64,000 nucleotides of DNA from Bilabrum cf. latius. Its lineage: Eukaryota. The position numbers and the translations under genes were made by a program. Location: the NCBI GenBank assembly GCA_965178125.1, contig OZ237742.1:1302001-1366000 (forward strand), written 5' to 3'. The notes under the pieces were generated by a model. It did not search any database. It saw only the letters and a program-made list of their open reading frames with translations, and had not been told where the DNA came from. Positions 39,801 to 52,707 of this stretch are shown in pieces. The number at the start of each line of letters is the position of its first letter. Position 1 is the stretch's first letter.

Positions 39801-42800
39801 CGAGGGTTGTCCCTGTGACTGTCCCGGCCGCGTCAAGTCCGAAATACTAACAAGTGCATCTCCATGAGCTTGCATCGCAATGGCGCCTCCCATGCGACCA
39901 CCCAGTACCTTTGCGATTTTTGACGTGCCTGTCCACGGACTTGTGGCCAGTGCTGCAACACTGGACCCGCACACTGGCTGTGTGTCAGTCCAGCTGCGTC
40001 TGCCCATGTAATGCTAGCCAACCTAATGGTTAAATACATCGGTGCTTGAAACCGCTTCAAGAGATGTTGCATTCCATGGAACGCAAGGAAGCTGGGACTC
40101 CGAAGAGGCTTGCTCGCCCTGTGGCTGGCATAGCTGTGAGTCTTGCATTTGGGAAATGTCGTTTGAATCTCCAGGAATGCAGGGTGGATTACCGACGAAT
40201 GAGTGCTGGATGGTGCTTCCCATCATCTCAAGAGTAGCTCTGATGAGTCGAGTCAGTGGGTCCGGTAAGCTAGATACAAGGGCAACCCCCCCATTCCTAC
40301 GGATAGGGCCTCGCTGGGTGCTGCCAAGCGGCAGGCGAGCTACTTCTAGCAACCCGCTTGTCGCCTCCAATGTGAGGATCACCTGCTTATGTTTGCTACT
40401 CAATCCTGTCAGGGAATTGATCGAGTCGACTATGGAAGTCACGTTGGCAGCATTCAGCCTACTCACGAGGAGCTTGCTCCTGTCGGCATTGCTGCCAGAA
40501 CTGCTTGAGGTGGGAGGCAGCTGCAGAAGTGCTGCAGCACCACCGGATATCCTTCCAATCGTCTGTGAAATTACAGTATCCTGCAGTCGGATAGATACGC
40601 GTCCATTGTGCAAGCCGACGGCTGCTAAAGCACCACCGATAGTCCCAGCGTAGCCCCTGTCTATGTTGGAAGACGACACTGAGATCAAAGCACTCGGTGA
40701 TACTGTTTGCTCATACTCTCGTGGCCACACGGAGTGCAGGGACTGCAGCAGTGCAATGCAACCGCCAGAACCGCCCATGGCACCACAAGAGGAAACTCTA
40801 GAAAACTCCACTGACACCACAGCACTCGCTGTTGATGCAGCCTACGACTGCACAGAGACGAGTCCTCCAGCACCAAACGCACTCACTGCCCCCCTCATGT
40901 TGCTCTATGATATTCGCACGGATATTCCAGCCGCAGTAGCTGCACGGTCGCCATTGCCCATGTATGAAGTGACGGCCACAGCACCCCCATCCCAAGCGCT
41001 GGCTGGACCGGACGTCATGAGCTGGGACATGCCCAGCCCCAGCCCACGATAGGCCAGTCGAGCAGAAAGCAAGCCACCTGAGGCGTAAAGACGGCTGGGT
41101 CGAGCCTGTACTTCTGCCTGGAACCTATGCAGTGATCGATTCAACCAAACCAGATGGTCCCAATTCATCGAGGAAAACGAGCGGCTGATGCACTGGAAGT
41201 GCGTTGCGCGCTAATCCTTCAATAGCTGTTGCAAAGCAGATGGTTCTTGCATGGTCGCACCGCCTACTAGCGCATTGGACGTGTCTAGCATGCTTGTCAC
41301 CTGCATCAAGGCCGCATGATCGCACTGTCGGAGTGCAAGCATGCTGCTAGCATCCATATTGAGTGCAGCAGATTGGTTGATCCTCAGAAGTGCCTAGGCC
41401 CCCACTGATGCCAACAAGCAGGCATCTCCAAGCAAACAGCTATCGATCGAGTTGTTATACGAATATCCATGCTAGGCGCGCTAGTCCAATGTCTGGAGCA
41501 CCTGCAGCGACTCTGAAACCGTCAACTGAGACTCGTTTGACGCAGCCAGTAAGGGATCGCTGTCCGAAGTAAGTATTGCGTCTGTAATGAGCACTCCAAT
41601 GGATTCTTTCCGAGAACTCTCACTAGATGGCTTCCACATCACGCGGCCTCCTTGCCCCAAATCCTACTTACTAGCTGCCACCAGCTTTGGCCACCAGTCA
41701 GAACTGGCATCAACTGGTATCATACTACCATCGACCAGGCCGTCTCGACCCGCGGCGTGCTTCCAGGCTGGCAAATCGTGCACCGCAAGTAGCCGAGGTG
41801 GCAGCAGTGCCCTACCTAGAGATGCGCGTGCATCGGCATAACTCCCATTGCTTCCAATCTGCTGCATGACAGCATGCAGTCCAGATTCCTTCACTTTCCA
41901 TGAGTTGGAGATACGTACATCTGATACGCTGGACATACTCACCTAGTCCACGTCATAGGCTCTAAGCAAGCTACCTTCTTCATCTCCGCATGGTTCCTTC
42001 GCATGCCCTACCACAACTTCCCCTGCTTTGATTACAGCCTGCTTCCACGAGCTCAAGGCACCGCACCACGCTGGTGTTTGAGAACGAATCGACAGCACAC
42101 GGCTCATGGTCACCTGTGCTGCTCCTGTCACCGCCACTGCAGCTCCGATCGAGGCCAGGTGCACTGACTGGTTCGCTGGCTGCCATCCCACGCCCTGCTG
42201 CCGCTAGATGCCCGTGCTATCGACCAACAGCAGGCGACTAATGGCAACAAGTGGAGCCAAGGAACCTTGGCCCTAGAGTGGGGGGTTGTGCAGCCCGATG
42301 AAGCTTCCAGTCAGCTGCATGGTTTGCAGGGAATCTATCATGACTACTCCTGTGGCGTTGCTGCTCGTATTGCCCACCAAGTCCACGGCAAGTGAGTCCG
42401 GTGGTGGCACGACATCCAGGAGGGTGTTTGCCAGCCACTTATCACACATGGAGCCATGGATTCCACGGCAAGCGTCTCTAGCCGTCTGCCCAACCATGTG
42501 TCCAAGCCTACGATCGGCGGTTCCAGAGGCTCCCATGGGCAATCCGGTCCTGGCACCTCGCACGACGACGTCTTCCACTGTCACTTCTGCCACGCTCCTG
42601 AGAGCCAACACCTGCATGGGCTGCAACAGTCTCGATGCATCCAGCACAAACGAGGAGTCTAGCCGCACCCTGGAGGCCCCATCAACTGCCGCTACTGCAG
42701 GGGCGGGCCTTCTCCCCATGGCCCCGAGCAGCATGGACCTGGCCTTGAGACCCAAGGGTGTATGCAGCGCGCTCGTATTGTATCCCAATAGCCTGACTGA

Positions 42801-45800
42801 GTCGCCACTAGAAGCATTCTAGCTGTATATCACCCAAGGCCACTCTCTCGATGGGCCTGAGGGTGCTGATACCACACAGGGGGATAGAACCTAGATTCCT
42901 TGCATCCACACATTAAAGCCATATATTGGAGGAACAACCAGTCCCGTTTCCGAGGAATCCACACACTGTTGCTCTCCATCGTGCTGTAGGTTGCACTGTG
43001 CGCTTACCAGCAGGATCGCAGCAGCTGGTTCGTAGCCTGCTGTCATCCTGGCTGCTGCGTGGGACAAGCCCTGTCTTGCTGAGACCTGCAGCAAGCGCAC
43101 GGATGGCTACTGTCTTGTGTCTTGACTGGCATACAATGCAATGGGAGCTAGTGGGGACACGAGAGGATTCCGACTGGAGGTGTACGTCTGTTGCACCTGG
43201 ACAAAGTTGACGCCTATCACGAATACGTCTACCCCAGGGCCCACTTCCAATTGCAGAGCAGCTTGACCGGTCCATGGCCACGCAGTAGAAGCAAACGACA
43301 AGCTCCCCAGCCTGGGTGACACGTCAGCAGAACTGCACAATTCCATCGCGCTACTCGAATCCCACTGTTGATTCTACGCGGATGCACTGCTAGGTGCGGC
43401 ACTCCTCTCCCAGCCTGCAGCAGTCTCGCGAGCCCACCCGAGTCGAGATGAGGATAACCCACTACTGGATGCGCGCGCTGCCCATGATTCCATCACAGTG
43501 TCGGCAAAATCGCCCAGACAGTTGTAGCATATCTTGGTCTAGTTCACGTGTTCCAGGAAGGCGGCCCATGCACCTAGCCCCATCACCTCCAGCCCTTGCA
43601 CAGGCAAGACGGCAGGTGAAGTCTGGTTGGAAGGAGAGCTTGCAAGAGCTGGGGTAATGCGCAGCTGCTAGTACCGATGATCACTCACCGTAGAGGAGAA
43701 CGAGGCAGGGTTAGCGACAACGACCACTCGAATCGGCGTATCCTCTGGTATGGAGCCCCCATTGAGGCCGTTCCGGATGTAAGAATCGGCAATGTGAGCC
43801 AAGGATTGGCAGTGCGGTAGATATTGCATCAGCTCCATGGGGTCTTCATACAGTGCCTCGACATCACCGACTGTCACATTGGCTGCCTCCGCCCCTCTCA
43901 GCTCCAGCATCCTATCGATCGCATTGAAGTCGCACTTGGCTGGATCTGTCTGGCTTCGGTCTAGTACGACAGTCCGTTGAATGTCTACAAGTGGCCCATC
44001 GCTTTGCCGTTGGGGCGCCTTGATGACCTTCTCTGGGGGAAGCACATTCTTACCGAAGCATCTCGCACGCACTTGGTTTGAAGGCTGTACCATCACGCAT
44101 GTGCCTCCCTTCGATGCTGCCACTGCCACTACATCTGCACTACTTGGCATCGAATTGGACCTACTCCAACAGCCCATACGTGCGTTGAGCTCCTGCAGAT
44201 GGGCTGTGTTCTCGTTTTGCTCGCCGAAGCACACTGGGCAGCCCGCCTGCGTCACCACGCACACGTGACTGTCGCTGCAGGACAGGAAGCGGGAGGGTAC
44301 CGCAGGCCCAGCTGGTCCGGGCTGCAGCATTGCTGGCACATTAGGAGTATCTGCTGGATCCATACTAGCGCACCGGATTGCACCCAGGCTGTCAATGGAA
44401 CACGCATAGCCGCTGGCTGCACACATACCAGATACCCTGGCCGCTCCAATTGTCACGCTGATAGACTGTGCAACAGCCGTGACGTTGGTATCAACAGAGT
44501 CTGTGCTGCTCCAGCATGCCACATGCGACCTGTTTGTGGCAGATGCAGCGCAGCAGATGGACGACCCGCACTCCACGCCCCAAGCTTGCATGGGCACATC
44601 CACTTGTCCAGGCTCCTCCGGCACATGATCGGCAAAACCTAGTGCCTCGGTGGACGTCCCTAGGCAGGTCAAGTTGTGGGTACCGACGCTTGGATCAAGC
44701 TTCGGCATAGATACAGCGTGGGAAGCATTCACGGCAACCGAAACCGCATGGGATCCTACGTCCACTGCGCACACAGTGCCTCCTGATGTGAGGGCAAGAG
44801 GGCGCATGGGTCCGATGGCTCCAGGCATGGCAGCTGACGGGGCCAGCATTGCAGGGTGAACGGCCAAGTGGTTCGTTGGAATGGCATTCGCTCCAATGTA
44901 GCAATCCGCGAGAAAGCCTGTGGAGGATTCCACGATGCAGACCGCCCCATCCTCGACTCGTACAAAGGCGGGATTCATGGCTGCTCCAGCGTTCAATGCA
45001 TATGAATCTGAGATTCCTGAAGCTGTCCGGCCTACTAGCAGGCGGAGTGAAGCATTGCGAAGACTAGGCTGCGAGTTGTCGTCAGGGCGGAACTGAACCA
45101 GAGCGATAGCCACGCTGGAGTCGGAGGCAGCAGAGACCCCTAGTTCTCTTGCCACTAGGTTTAGTACATGCGCAGAGCCCATTCTGTAGGTCTGGGAACT
45201 AGATAGGATATCGACAGGGAAATCGACAGAACCCGACGCACTATCCAACGTCCGAATTGATCCAAAGCAGTAGATGGCAAGGCTGTGCTTTCGCTGTGCA
45301 CAAGTGGTCGAATATCCAACTGCAACCTGCGATTACTAAGATAAAAAGTGCATACATCGGTTCAAATTATTTTGTGACCCCATCACTTGGCGTGAATACG
45401 CGACAAGGTATCTTCACGCGTGTCTCACCTGTACAAAGTCCCCAGACACCTCACGAGGGGCCTGGCCGGACCAATCCGATCCCCAGCATCGGATGCGCCC
45501 CGACCGCTCCAAACCGCACGAGTGCGACTACCCGGCGGCCACCTGCGTGACAGCATAGGATGCATTCATCGACGGGAATGATCGCAGTGATGTAGCATAA
45601 GAAACAAATACGCACAATCCACGGACACACCACTTGCGATCGTGCCATCCGTCCCGACCAACCACGATTCCCGCACTAGGGCCATGCAGAGCCGCGTGGG
45701 TCGGATTCTGTGCTCGCGCATATTCCCATGGCTGGCACATGGCTTGCACCCAGCTCGGATTGAGCAATGTGGTCATGTCCGGGGCCAGGCGCGTAGCGAT

Positions 45801-48395
45801 GGACGGCTCAGGCAATGGTGGTAGTCGCTGTTGTACGCGGATTGGGTACTGGTGCCTGCGTCTCACCTGTACGAAGTCCCCAGACACCTCACGAGGGGCC
45901 TGGCCGGGCACATTCGCTCCCCAGCATCGGATGCGCCCCGACCGCTCCACGCCGCACGAGTGATAGCTCCCAGCGGCCACCTGCGTGACAGCATAGGATG
46001 CATTCAGCGACGGGAATGATCGCAGTGATGTAGCATAAGAAACAAATACGCACAATCCACGGACACACCACTTGCGATCGTGCCATCCGTCCCGACCAAC
46101 TACGATTCCCGCACTAGGGCCATGCAGAGCCGCATGGGTCGGATTCTGTGCTCGTGCGTATTCCTATGGCTGGCACATGGCTTGCACCCAGCTCGGATTG
46201 AGCAATGTGGTCATGTCCGGGGGCCCGGCGCGTAGCGATGGACGGCTCAGGCAATGGTGGTAGCAATTGTTACGTCTCACCTGTACGAAGTCCCCAGACA
46301 CCTCACGAGGGGCCTGGCCGGAGTGATTGTATCCCCAGCATCGGATACGCCCCGACCGCTCCACGCCGCACGAGTGCGCGTACCCGGCGGCCACCTGCGT
46401 GACAGCATAGGATGCATTCATCGACGGGAATGATCGCAGTGATGTAGCATAAGAAACAAATACGCACAATCCACAGACACTGTTGTATGTACTCGGACAT
46501 CAGGGTTGAACCGACGGGGAGCAGAGGTGAGCCGGAAGACGAGGTGGGTGCAGGAGGACAGGAGGTGGAGAAGAACAGAGGGGGACACCGGCACAGGCTA
46601 CGATAGTGCGGTGCCATCGCGAGAACACAACGGGAGGATGGGTGCTCCAGGTGAAAAGGCACGAGGGAGACGCGAGTGCCAGCGGGCTGCATGGCCAGCA
46701 GCGCGCAGAGGGCCAATAGGCGGGTGGACAGATGGGACGCACGGCCGGTCGGCCAGGATCAGCGCGTGCAAGCTGAAAGGATGGGGCCAAGGTGGCAATG
46801 CATGGAGCAAAGCACACGGTCCCTTGGGCGGGAAACAGGAACAGGAAGCTATGTAGCGACGAGGCCAGTCGCGTGCATTGGGAAAGAAGCGTGTACATTC
46901 GTAGTGTCAGATGAATACCGCATTCAGGTGGGCTGGGGGAGAACCAGTCGTTCGGGGTGAAGCCCAGTGGATCTGCGCCATCCGTCCCGACCAACTACGA
47001 TTCCCGCACTAGGGCCATGCAGAGCCGCGTGGGTCGGATTCTGTGCTCGCGCATATTCCCATGGCTGGCACATGGCTTGCACCCAGCTCGGATTGAGCAA
47101 TGTGGTCATGTCCGGGGGCCGGCGCGTAGCGATGGACGGCTCAGGCAATGGTGGTAGTCGCTGTTGTACGCGGATTGGGTACTGGTGCCTGCGTCTCACC
47201 TGTACGAAGTCCCCAGACACCTCACGAGGGGCCTGGCCGGACCAATCCGATCCCCAGCATCGGATGCGCCCCGACCGCTCCAAACCGCACGAGTGCGACT
47301 ACCCGGCGGCCACCTGCGTGACAGCATAGGATGCATTCATCGACGGGAATGATCGCAGTGATGTAGCATAAGAAACAAATACGCACAATCCACGGACACA
47401 CCACTTGCGATCGTGCCATCCGTCCCGACCAACTACGATTCCCGCACTAGGTCCATGCAGAGCCGCGTGGGTCGGATTCTGTGCTCGCGCATATTCCCAT
47501 GGCTGGCACATGGCTTGCACCCAGCTCGGATTGAGCAATGTGGTCATGTCCGGGGGCACGGCGCGTAGCGATGGACGGCTCAGGCAATGGTGGTAGTCGC
47601 TGTTGTACGCGGATTGGGTGCTGGTGCCTGCGTCTCACCTGTACGAAGTCCCCAGACACATCACTATTCGCTCCCCAGCATCGGATGCTCCCCGACCGCT
47701 CCAAACCGCACGAGTGCGACTACCCGGCGGCCACCTGCGTGACAGCATAGGATGCATTCATCGACGGGAATGATCGCAGTGATGTAGCATAAGAAACAAA
47801 TACGCACAGTCCACGGACACACCACTTGCGATCGTGCCATCCGTCCCGACCAACCACGATTCCCGCACTAGGGCCATGCAGAGCCGCATGGGTCGGATTC
47901 TGTGCTCGTGCGTATTCCTATGGCTGGCACATGGCTTGCACCCAGCTCGGATTGAGCAATGTGGTCATGTCCGGGGGCCCGGCGCGTAGCGATGGACGGC
48001 TCAGGCAATGGTGGTAGTCGCTGTTGTACGCGGATTGGGTGCTGGTGCCTGCGTCTCACCTGTACAAAGTCCCCAGACACCTCACGAGGGGCCTGGCCCT
48101 AATAATTCGATCCCCAGCATCGGATGCTCCCCGACCGCTCCACGCCGCACGAGTGATAGCTCCCAGCGGCCAACTGCGATAGAGTTTGCCGTACGCCTGT
48201 TGGTGGCGAATAAATAGCCGCGGCATATCTGACGGTTTTGCGTGTAAACGTCGTCTCCCGGCAAAAGCAAAGGAGGCTTCGTGAGTACCACCCAATGTAA
48301 CTCACTGTTGCCTAGATCAACTTGCCATGGCTTGATCTAATTACTGAGAGCCAAGCAGCAAGCCAATAAAAGATGAAATGTAGTACTCTTAGCAT
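27891..48395 (-). CDS. giant (~6,000 aa) cell-surface/membrane protein: signal peptide, RCC1/BLIP-II repeats, GGA-motif beta-helix-like region, Cys-rich repeats, C-terminal multi-pass TM domain
   Basis: ATG at 48395 (MLRVLHFIFYWLAAWLSVIRSSHG), then six RCC1 exons and a 17.4 kb last exon (45326-27891). In that exon 23 ORF-track fragments share one frame, and every gap I translated contains only TAG. Motifs: GGCIAL, GGALAA, GGAIF, CGDCPPLSY...CKSCP, CAEGHSGPLCAVC, FDCL...YLKRDLRIEC, YGFLYSGY...WESLVMVKK, YYPYEQLLLNRAE. TGA at 27891. Confidence 0.82.
31650..36535. repeat. tandem in-frame duplication, 2 x 2442 bp (814 codons), inside the giant exon
   Basis: Constant 2442 offset (31651/34093, 32385/34827, 33399/35841, 34081/36523). 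Near-identical peptides appear in the ORF track. Confidence 0.96.
45429..48173 (-). repeat. tandem array of ~440-bp exon+intron cassettes, each exon one RCC1 repeat
   Basis: Exons at 45429-45542, 45867-45980, 46281-46394, 47200-47313, 47639-47734 and 48060-48173 (V/LAAGxxHSCGxERSGxIRCWGxxxxGQAPREVSGDFVQ). Each has CGCAG| acceptor and |GTGAGAC donor in phase 0. Introns are nearly identical to each other. Confidence 0.92.
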
Positions 48396-49799
48396 TGTTC
48401 GAAGGCACGATGGCGCGCGGTCTTGGGTTTCGAAGGAGTGCGATCACTTTAGTTAGGCCAATAATATTCAGACCCCACCAAGGGGCGCCGGCGGCCCGGG
48501 GGTGGTAGCCACCTCCGGAATTCTGACGCCCCCCCCCCCCCCCGACTTCACAACGAACCTCAAGCAACCCCTGGGATCCCCGCAGCGAACTACTCTCTAT
48601 CTCAATGGATTCTTGACCACATTCCTCGAGGAGTCTCCGACTGTTCGCCGCAAGGCACTCTCCCTGGGAATACCCTTACCGCTGGCTATCTCCTGCCAGA
48701 TACCCGGGGTGGAGACAAGCATTGGATCGTGGTCCTCTGGCTCTACCTAGCGCAAGGTGCTCAGACGCCTAGAACGCCGACTCGACAAGGCATGGACAGT
48801 TCGGCTCGCCTCGGCAGCACATGCCACCTCACAACTCAGACGAATTCATGGCCACTCTATCACGCCGACGTGCGTGGTGGCGGCGACCTGAAACATTGAC
48901 GGTGCAGGCAGCATCAATCGCGATCTGCCCATCACCGTTCGCGTTCCCCAGATACTAAAGCAGTTTTGGGGGATACCGGTGCCACAGCGACCGCTGTGGT
49001 TGGGTGCGAGGGCTTGTCCCGCAACAACCCGCCTGTTTGGATTTCTGCTTTTACTATGTTAGGTGTTCTACCGCACAGTACGAGTAGTTTTTCGGATTTT
49101 CGAGTTGTGTGTTTGTACACTGTCGTGAATTGCATCTTATGCCGTGTTTCGAAAATGCCGACGTAAAAGTGAGGTGCAAGTTGCAAATCGAAACACACAT
49201 TTTTCTGCAAACAGCGTCTACAAACGTCAACGACCAAAGTTCGCAATTGATGCACTTAAGAGCACTCAGACTGCATGAATCAATGGGAATTACATTATAG
49301 ATGGAGAACTGGCTTGGTTGTGCAAGTTTGATGCGACTCTCATGCCTCAACTGCAGCTGCTGGCACTCGCTGCGTGGAATCACAGAAGGATACACCACTC
49401 CATTTCGGGCAATCAAAGCGATTCATACTGATATTCAATTGATTTAAGTTGCATCGCTCCCAACAAGCACCACTCAAAGTCACTTCGCGAGGTTGGCAGG
49501 CATCACCATCCGTCCAGCATGGGCTCTCTCCGTACCTCGCGTGCCGATTTAAACCCTTACACCAAATCAAATGCCACAATCATAATTGAAACATGATAAT
49601 GTTTATATTTATGGCTCGGCTTGCATGAGAAGTGTATTTGAGACGCCGGCTGCTTCGCAGCCGTTGGGACGTCATTTGCCTATGCATTTTTGGTTGTCGT
49701 TTGGGTTTCGGTCCCCGGGCCCAAATCAAAAAGACAACCCAGGCGTTGTCTTTTAGGGGGGTTGGGTGTAGTTTTACGAGTTTCGAAACACGGCATTAA

Positions 49800-51030
49800 A
49801 CCAGAATTTCCTTCCTTCCATCCAGTAGGCCTACACTGGAGGTGCAGTAGCGCCTGAAAAAGGAGAACGGGACATGTGACTTTGAGGCGGAGATGGCAGA
49901 GAGGTGCCCGATGCCCGGGTGCGCCCGAGCAGAAGGCTACCTGCACCAGTGTGCTCACTTGAGCTACTGCGGAGATCGGCTGATCAGGGAGGACGACAAG
50001 AGGAGGATGACGGGGTTGCACTATCATGTGGAGCGGAGACTTCTGAAAATCGCACAGGAGGCGACCGGACGAGAGGCACTGAAGGAGATCAGGGGGGTGT
50101 ACAATGAGGAAGGGAACTACTCGATGGACATCATCATCCCGAGAGAGGGTGCGAAGCCAATCTATGTTGACGTGACAACGGCGGACCCGCATGCCAAGTG
50201 CGGACTGTCTCAGATCAATAGGCGGACGGATAATGGGGACAGGCACTTTCCCAGTAAACCAGTGGGGTCGGATCATCAGGACGAAGCAGCGGGAGCACGA
50301 GCAGCCGGGAGGAAGTGGCGAGAGATCAATGAGCCCATCCCTCCCCATCGGCTGATGGGAGGGCGAATGGCACCCGGAACGGCCACGGAGAGGGTCAAGT
50401 CCATCAAGAACAGGAACCAGGTCGTTTTCCAGGACTTTGTTGTCCTGGCGACAGGACGCTTGGGCAACGGGGCACGCGGACTGCTACGCCTGTTAGCCCG
50501 AATCCGACGCAAGAGGCTGGGGGTGGCCCGCAGCAGGTCGGTGGAGGCCCAGGTCAGGATCTGGGCGCGAGTGATCGCCAAAGGAGTTTCCATGCTGAGC
50601 GCATGCCGCACGATTCAATTCAACCTTAAGTTGCGGAACATGTCAGGGCTACGGGAAGCGAGAGTGGTGCAGGGAGCGGGTCCAGCAGGAGCGGTGGCCC
50701 CCGAGGCGGCGCAAGCGGCAGCACAAGCGTAGGTAGTGCAGGCTGCGTACCCGGCAGGAGTGCTACCAGCTGAAGGGGTTGGAGGCGCTGGGGACGAGGT
50801 AGATGGCCTTGACCCTGACCATGCCGGTCTTATACATCCCCCAGCACTTGCGGTGGGAGCTCCAGATGTGCAGAACCTCCACGGAGAAGCAGCACAGCTG
50901 GCAGCCCCCATGGCTTGAGCTGGTCAGTGAGATGTTTCCTCCCGGTCGAAGTAGCCTTCTTAGCCTGGGTAGCGTGTAGTTTGAATCACATATATTTATC
51001 CTTCCTTCACATATATTTATCCTTCCTTCC
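49800..51030 (+). mobile_element. 5'-truncated RLE-type (CRE-like) non-LTR retrotransposon remnant: zinc knuckle + PD-(D/E)xK endonuclease, no RT
   Basis: CPMPGC...HQCAHLSYC, LHYHVERRL, SMDIII...IYVDVTTAD, AAGRK, FQDFVVLATGRLGNGARGLLRLLA. The frame is open from 49800 (TAGs at 49848 and 50730) to TGA 50918, followed by a 21-bp duplication and a (CCTT)n tail. Confidence 0.7.
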
Positions 51031-51842
51031 TTCCTTCCACAAACGCTCGTGTTTTCTGGTTTCGGTTTGCTCATTCGGTCGTTTGATGCTGAAATATGGT
51101 GTACTGAATTTAGCGCGTTTTTGGGCCGATTCTGGCGCGAGATGGGGGACAGTAATTCTGCCATCAGCCATAAGCTCCTATGCCATGCTGCATTGCTCAA
51201 CTTTTCTTCTCCCAAAGAAGGCTTATTACTGTTATTTTCATTCGAGTGTACCCACGACTTCGATACCGAGAACTTTCGGCTAGTATTGCTGAATTCCATG
51301 ACATGGCCAGGATTTCGAATCAACTTTGCCATCTCGATTTTCTCGGGCTATTTAACACCGATTGTGCTGCTACTTCGTGATTATATACTTTCGCACTTCT
51401 AGTATTCAATGGTATCAAGGATTTTTACAGTCGTCCCAAAAGGTAGGCTCGACCAGCTTCACGGCCCACCGTCGTTGACCCCAGAAGCTGCGGCAACTGC
51501 ACCTGTGGACTCTGCCATTCGCGCCACGAATGCGCGCTGTGCAGCCCCCGCAGACGCACTCAAGTCCCCTACTCATCTTACCTTTCTAGGACTGCCTGGC
51601 GTATTTGCTAATTCCTATTTTGCGAGTTCCAGGTCGCGTGCTTCTTGTCCCAGTCTCTGGTAGGCTTCCACGGCTCTCCGCTCCCTCTCTTGCAAGCCGC
51701 GAATGGCCTCTGCAGCTTGCGCAAGTTGCCCCCGAAGCTGTACTCTGGTATCGCACTGTATGTACTCGAGCCCTAATGCTCCGTACCGCTGCCTCACCAG
51801 CTGCGTGTTGGTGGGGGCGGGGTCTACAGCCGCTGCAACCAC

Positions 51843-52170
51843 GCCCCCCGCCACACCAGCGCCCCCCGCCACACCAGCGCCCCCCGCCACACCAGCGCCC
51901 CCCGCCACACCAGCGCCCCCCGCCACACCAGCGCCCCCCGCCACACCAGCGCCCCCCGCCACACCAGCGCCCCCCGCCACACCAGCGCCCCCCGCCACAC
52001 CAGCGCCCCCCGCCACACCAGCGCCCCCCGCCACACCAGCGCCCCCCGCCACACCAGCGCCCCCCGCCACACCAGCGCCCCCCGCCACACCAGCGCCCCC
52101 CGCCACACCAGCGCCCCCCGCCACACCAGCGCCCCCCGCCACACCAGCGCCCCCCGCCACACCAGCGCCC
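51843..52170. repeat. 18-bp minisatellite GCCCCCCGCCACACCAGC, ~18 perfect copies (GAGVAG on minus strand)
   Basis: Directly visible. It lies within the coiled-coil-like minus-strand ORF 51615..52247, which appears frameshifted upstream. Confidence 0.95.
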
Positions 52171-52707
52171 CGCACTGCAGCACCATGCGGTACCGTGCCA
52201 CCACTCCTGATCTTGCCCTTCTTGCTTGCCTCGCGCTTCTCGACCACCTCCCGCAGACGCTTGATGACCCTCTTGACCGCCTCCTCCTCTTAGGAAGAAC
52301 TCGTCCCCTGCCGCAAGCTCACAGGGCAGTGTGCTCTGGGCGATCATAGCCTCACACTCCTGCTGCGCTGTCTTTGGCTTGGAGGCAACCGGAACCCCAG
52401 CGGCACCACCTCGAGCAGCTTTCCTTCCCTAGTCTCCATCTGATTCGGAAATCCTCTTTGGGACGAGGGGTTCTTTCTTCTTTCTTATGCTTTCTCTTGA
52501 GGCTTTGGCCTTTGCTTAGGGGGGGCCTGCGGGTCTTTTGATCGCGTTGTTCTCTGAGGTCATCTTTGATGGCCCCACCTTGGGGGTGTGACAGCCATTC
52601 GTGAAACGTCGTATCGTTGCATTCAATCATCATCATCACCGTTGAGATCTCGCATCGGACCCTCGTCCAACACTTAATCTCTGTGGAACTCATCGAGACT
52701 CCCGAGT

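Noticed and set aside
45429-48173. CRISPR array or diversity-generating retroelement template
   Set aside because: Units are ~440 bp with canonical splice sites and coding exons. There are no unique spacers, cas genes or RT, and variation is not adenine-specific.
48502-48893. Short + strand ORF extended by TAG read-through, next to a poly-C tract
   Set aside because: It could be a retroelement fragment, but it has no diagnostic motif and no credible start.
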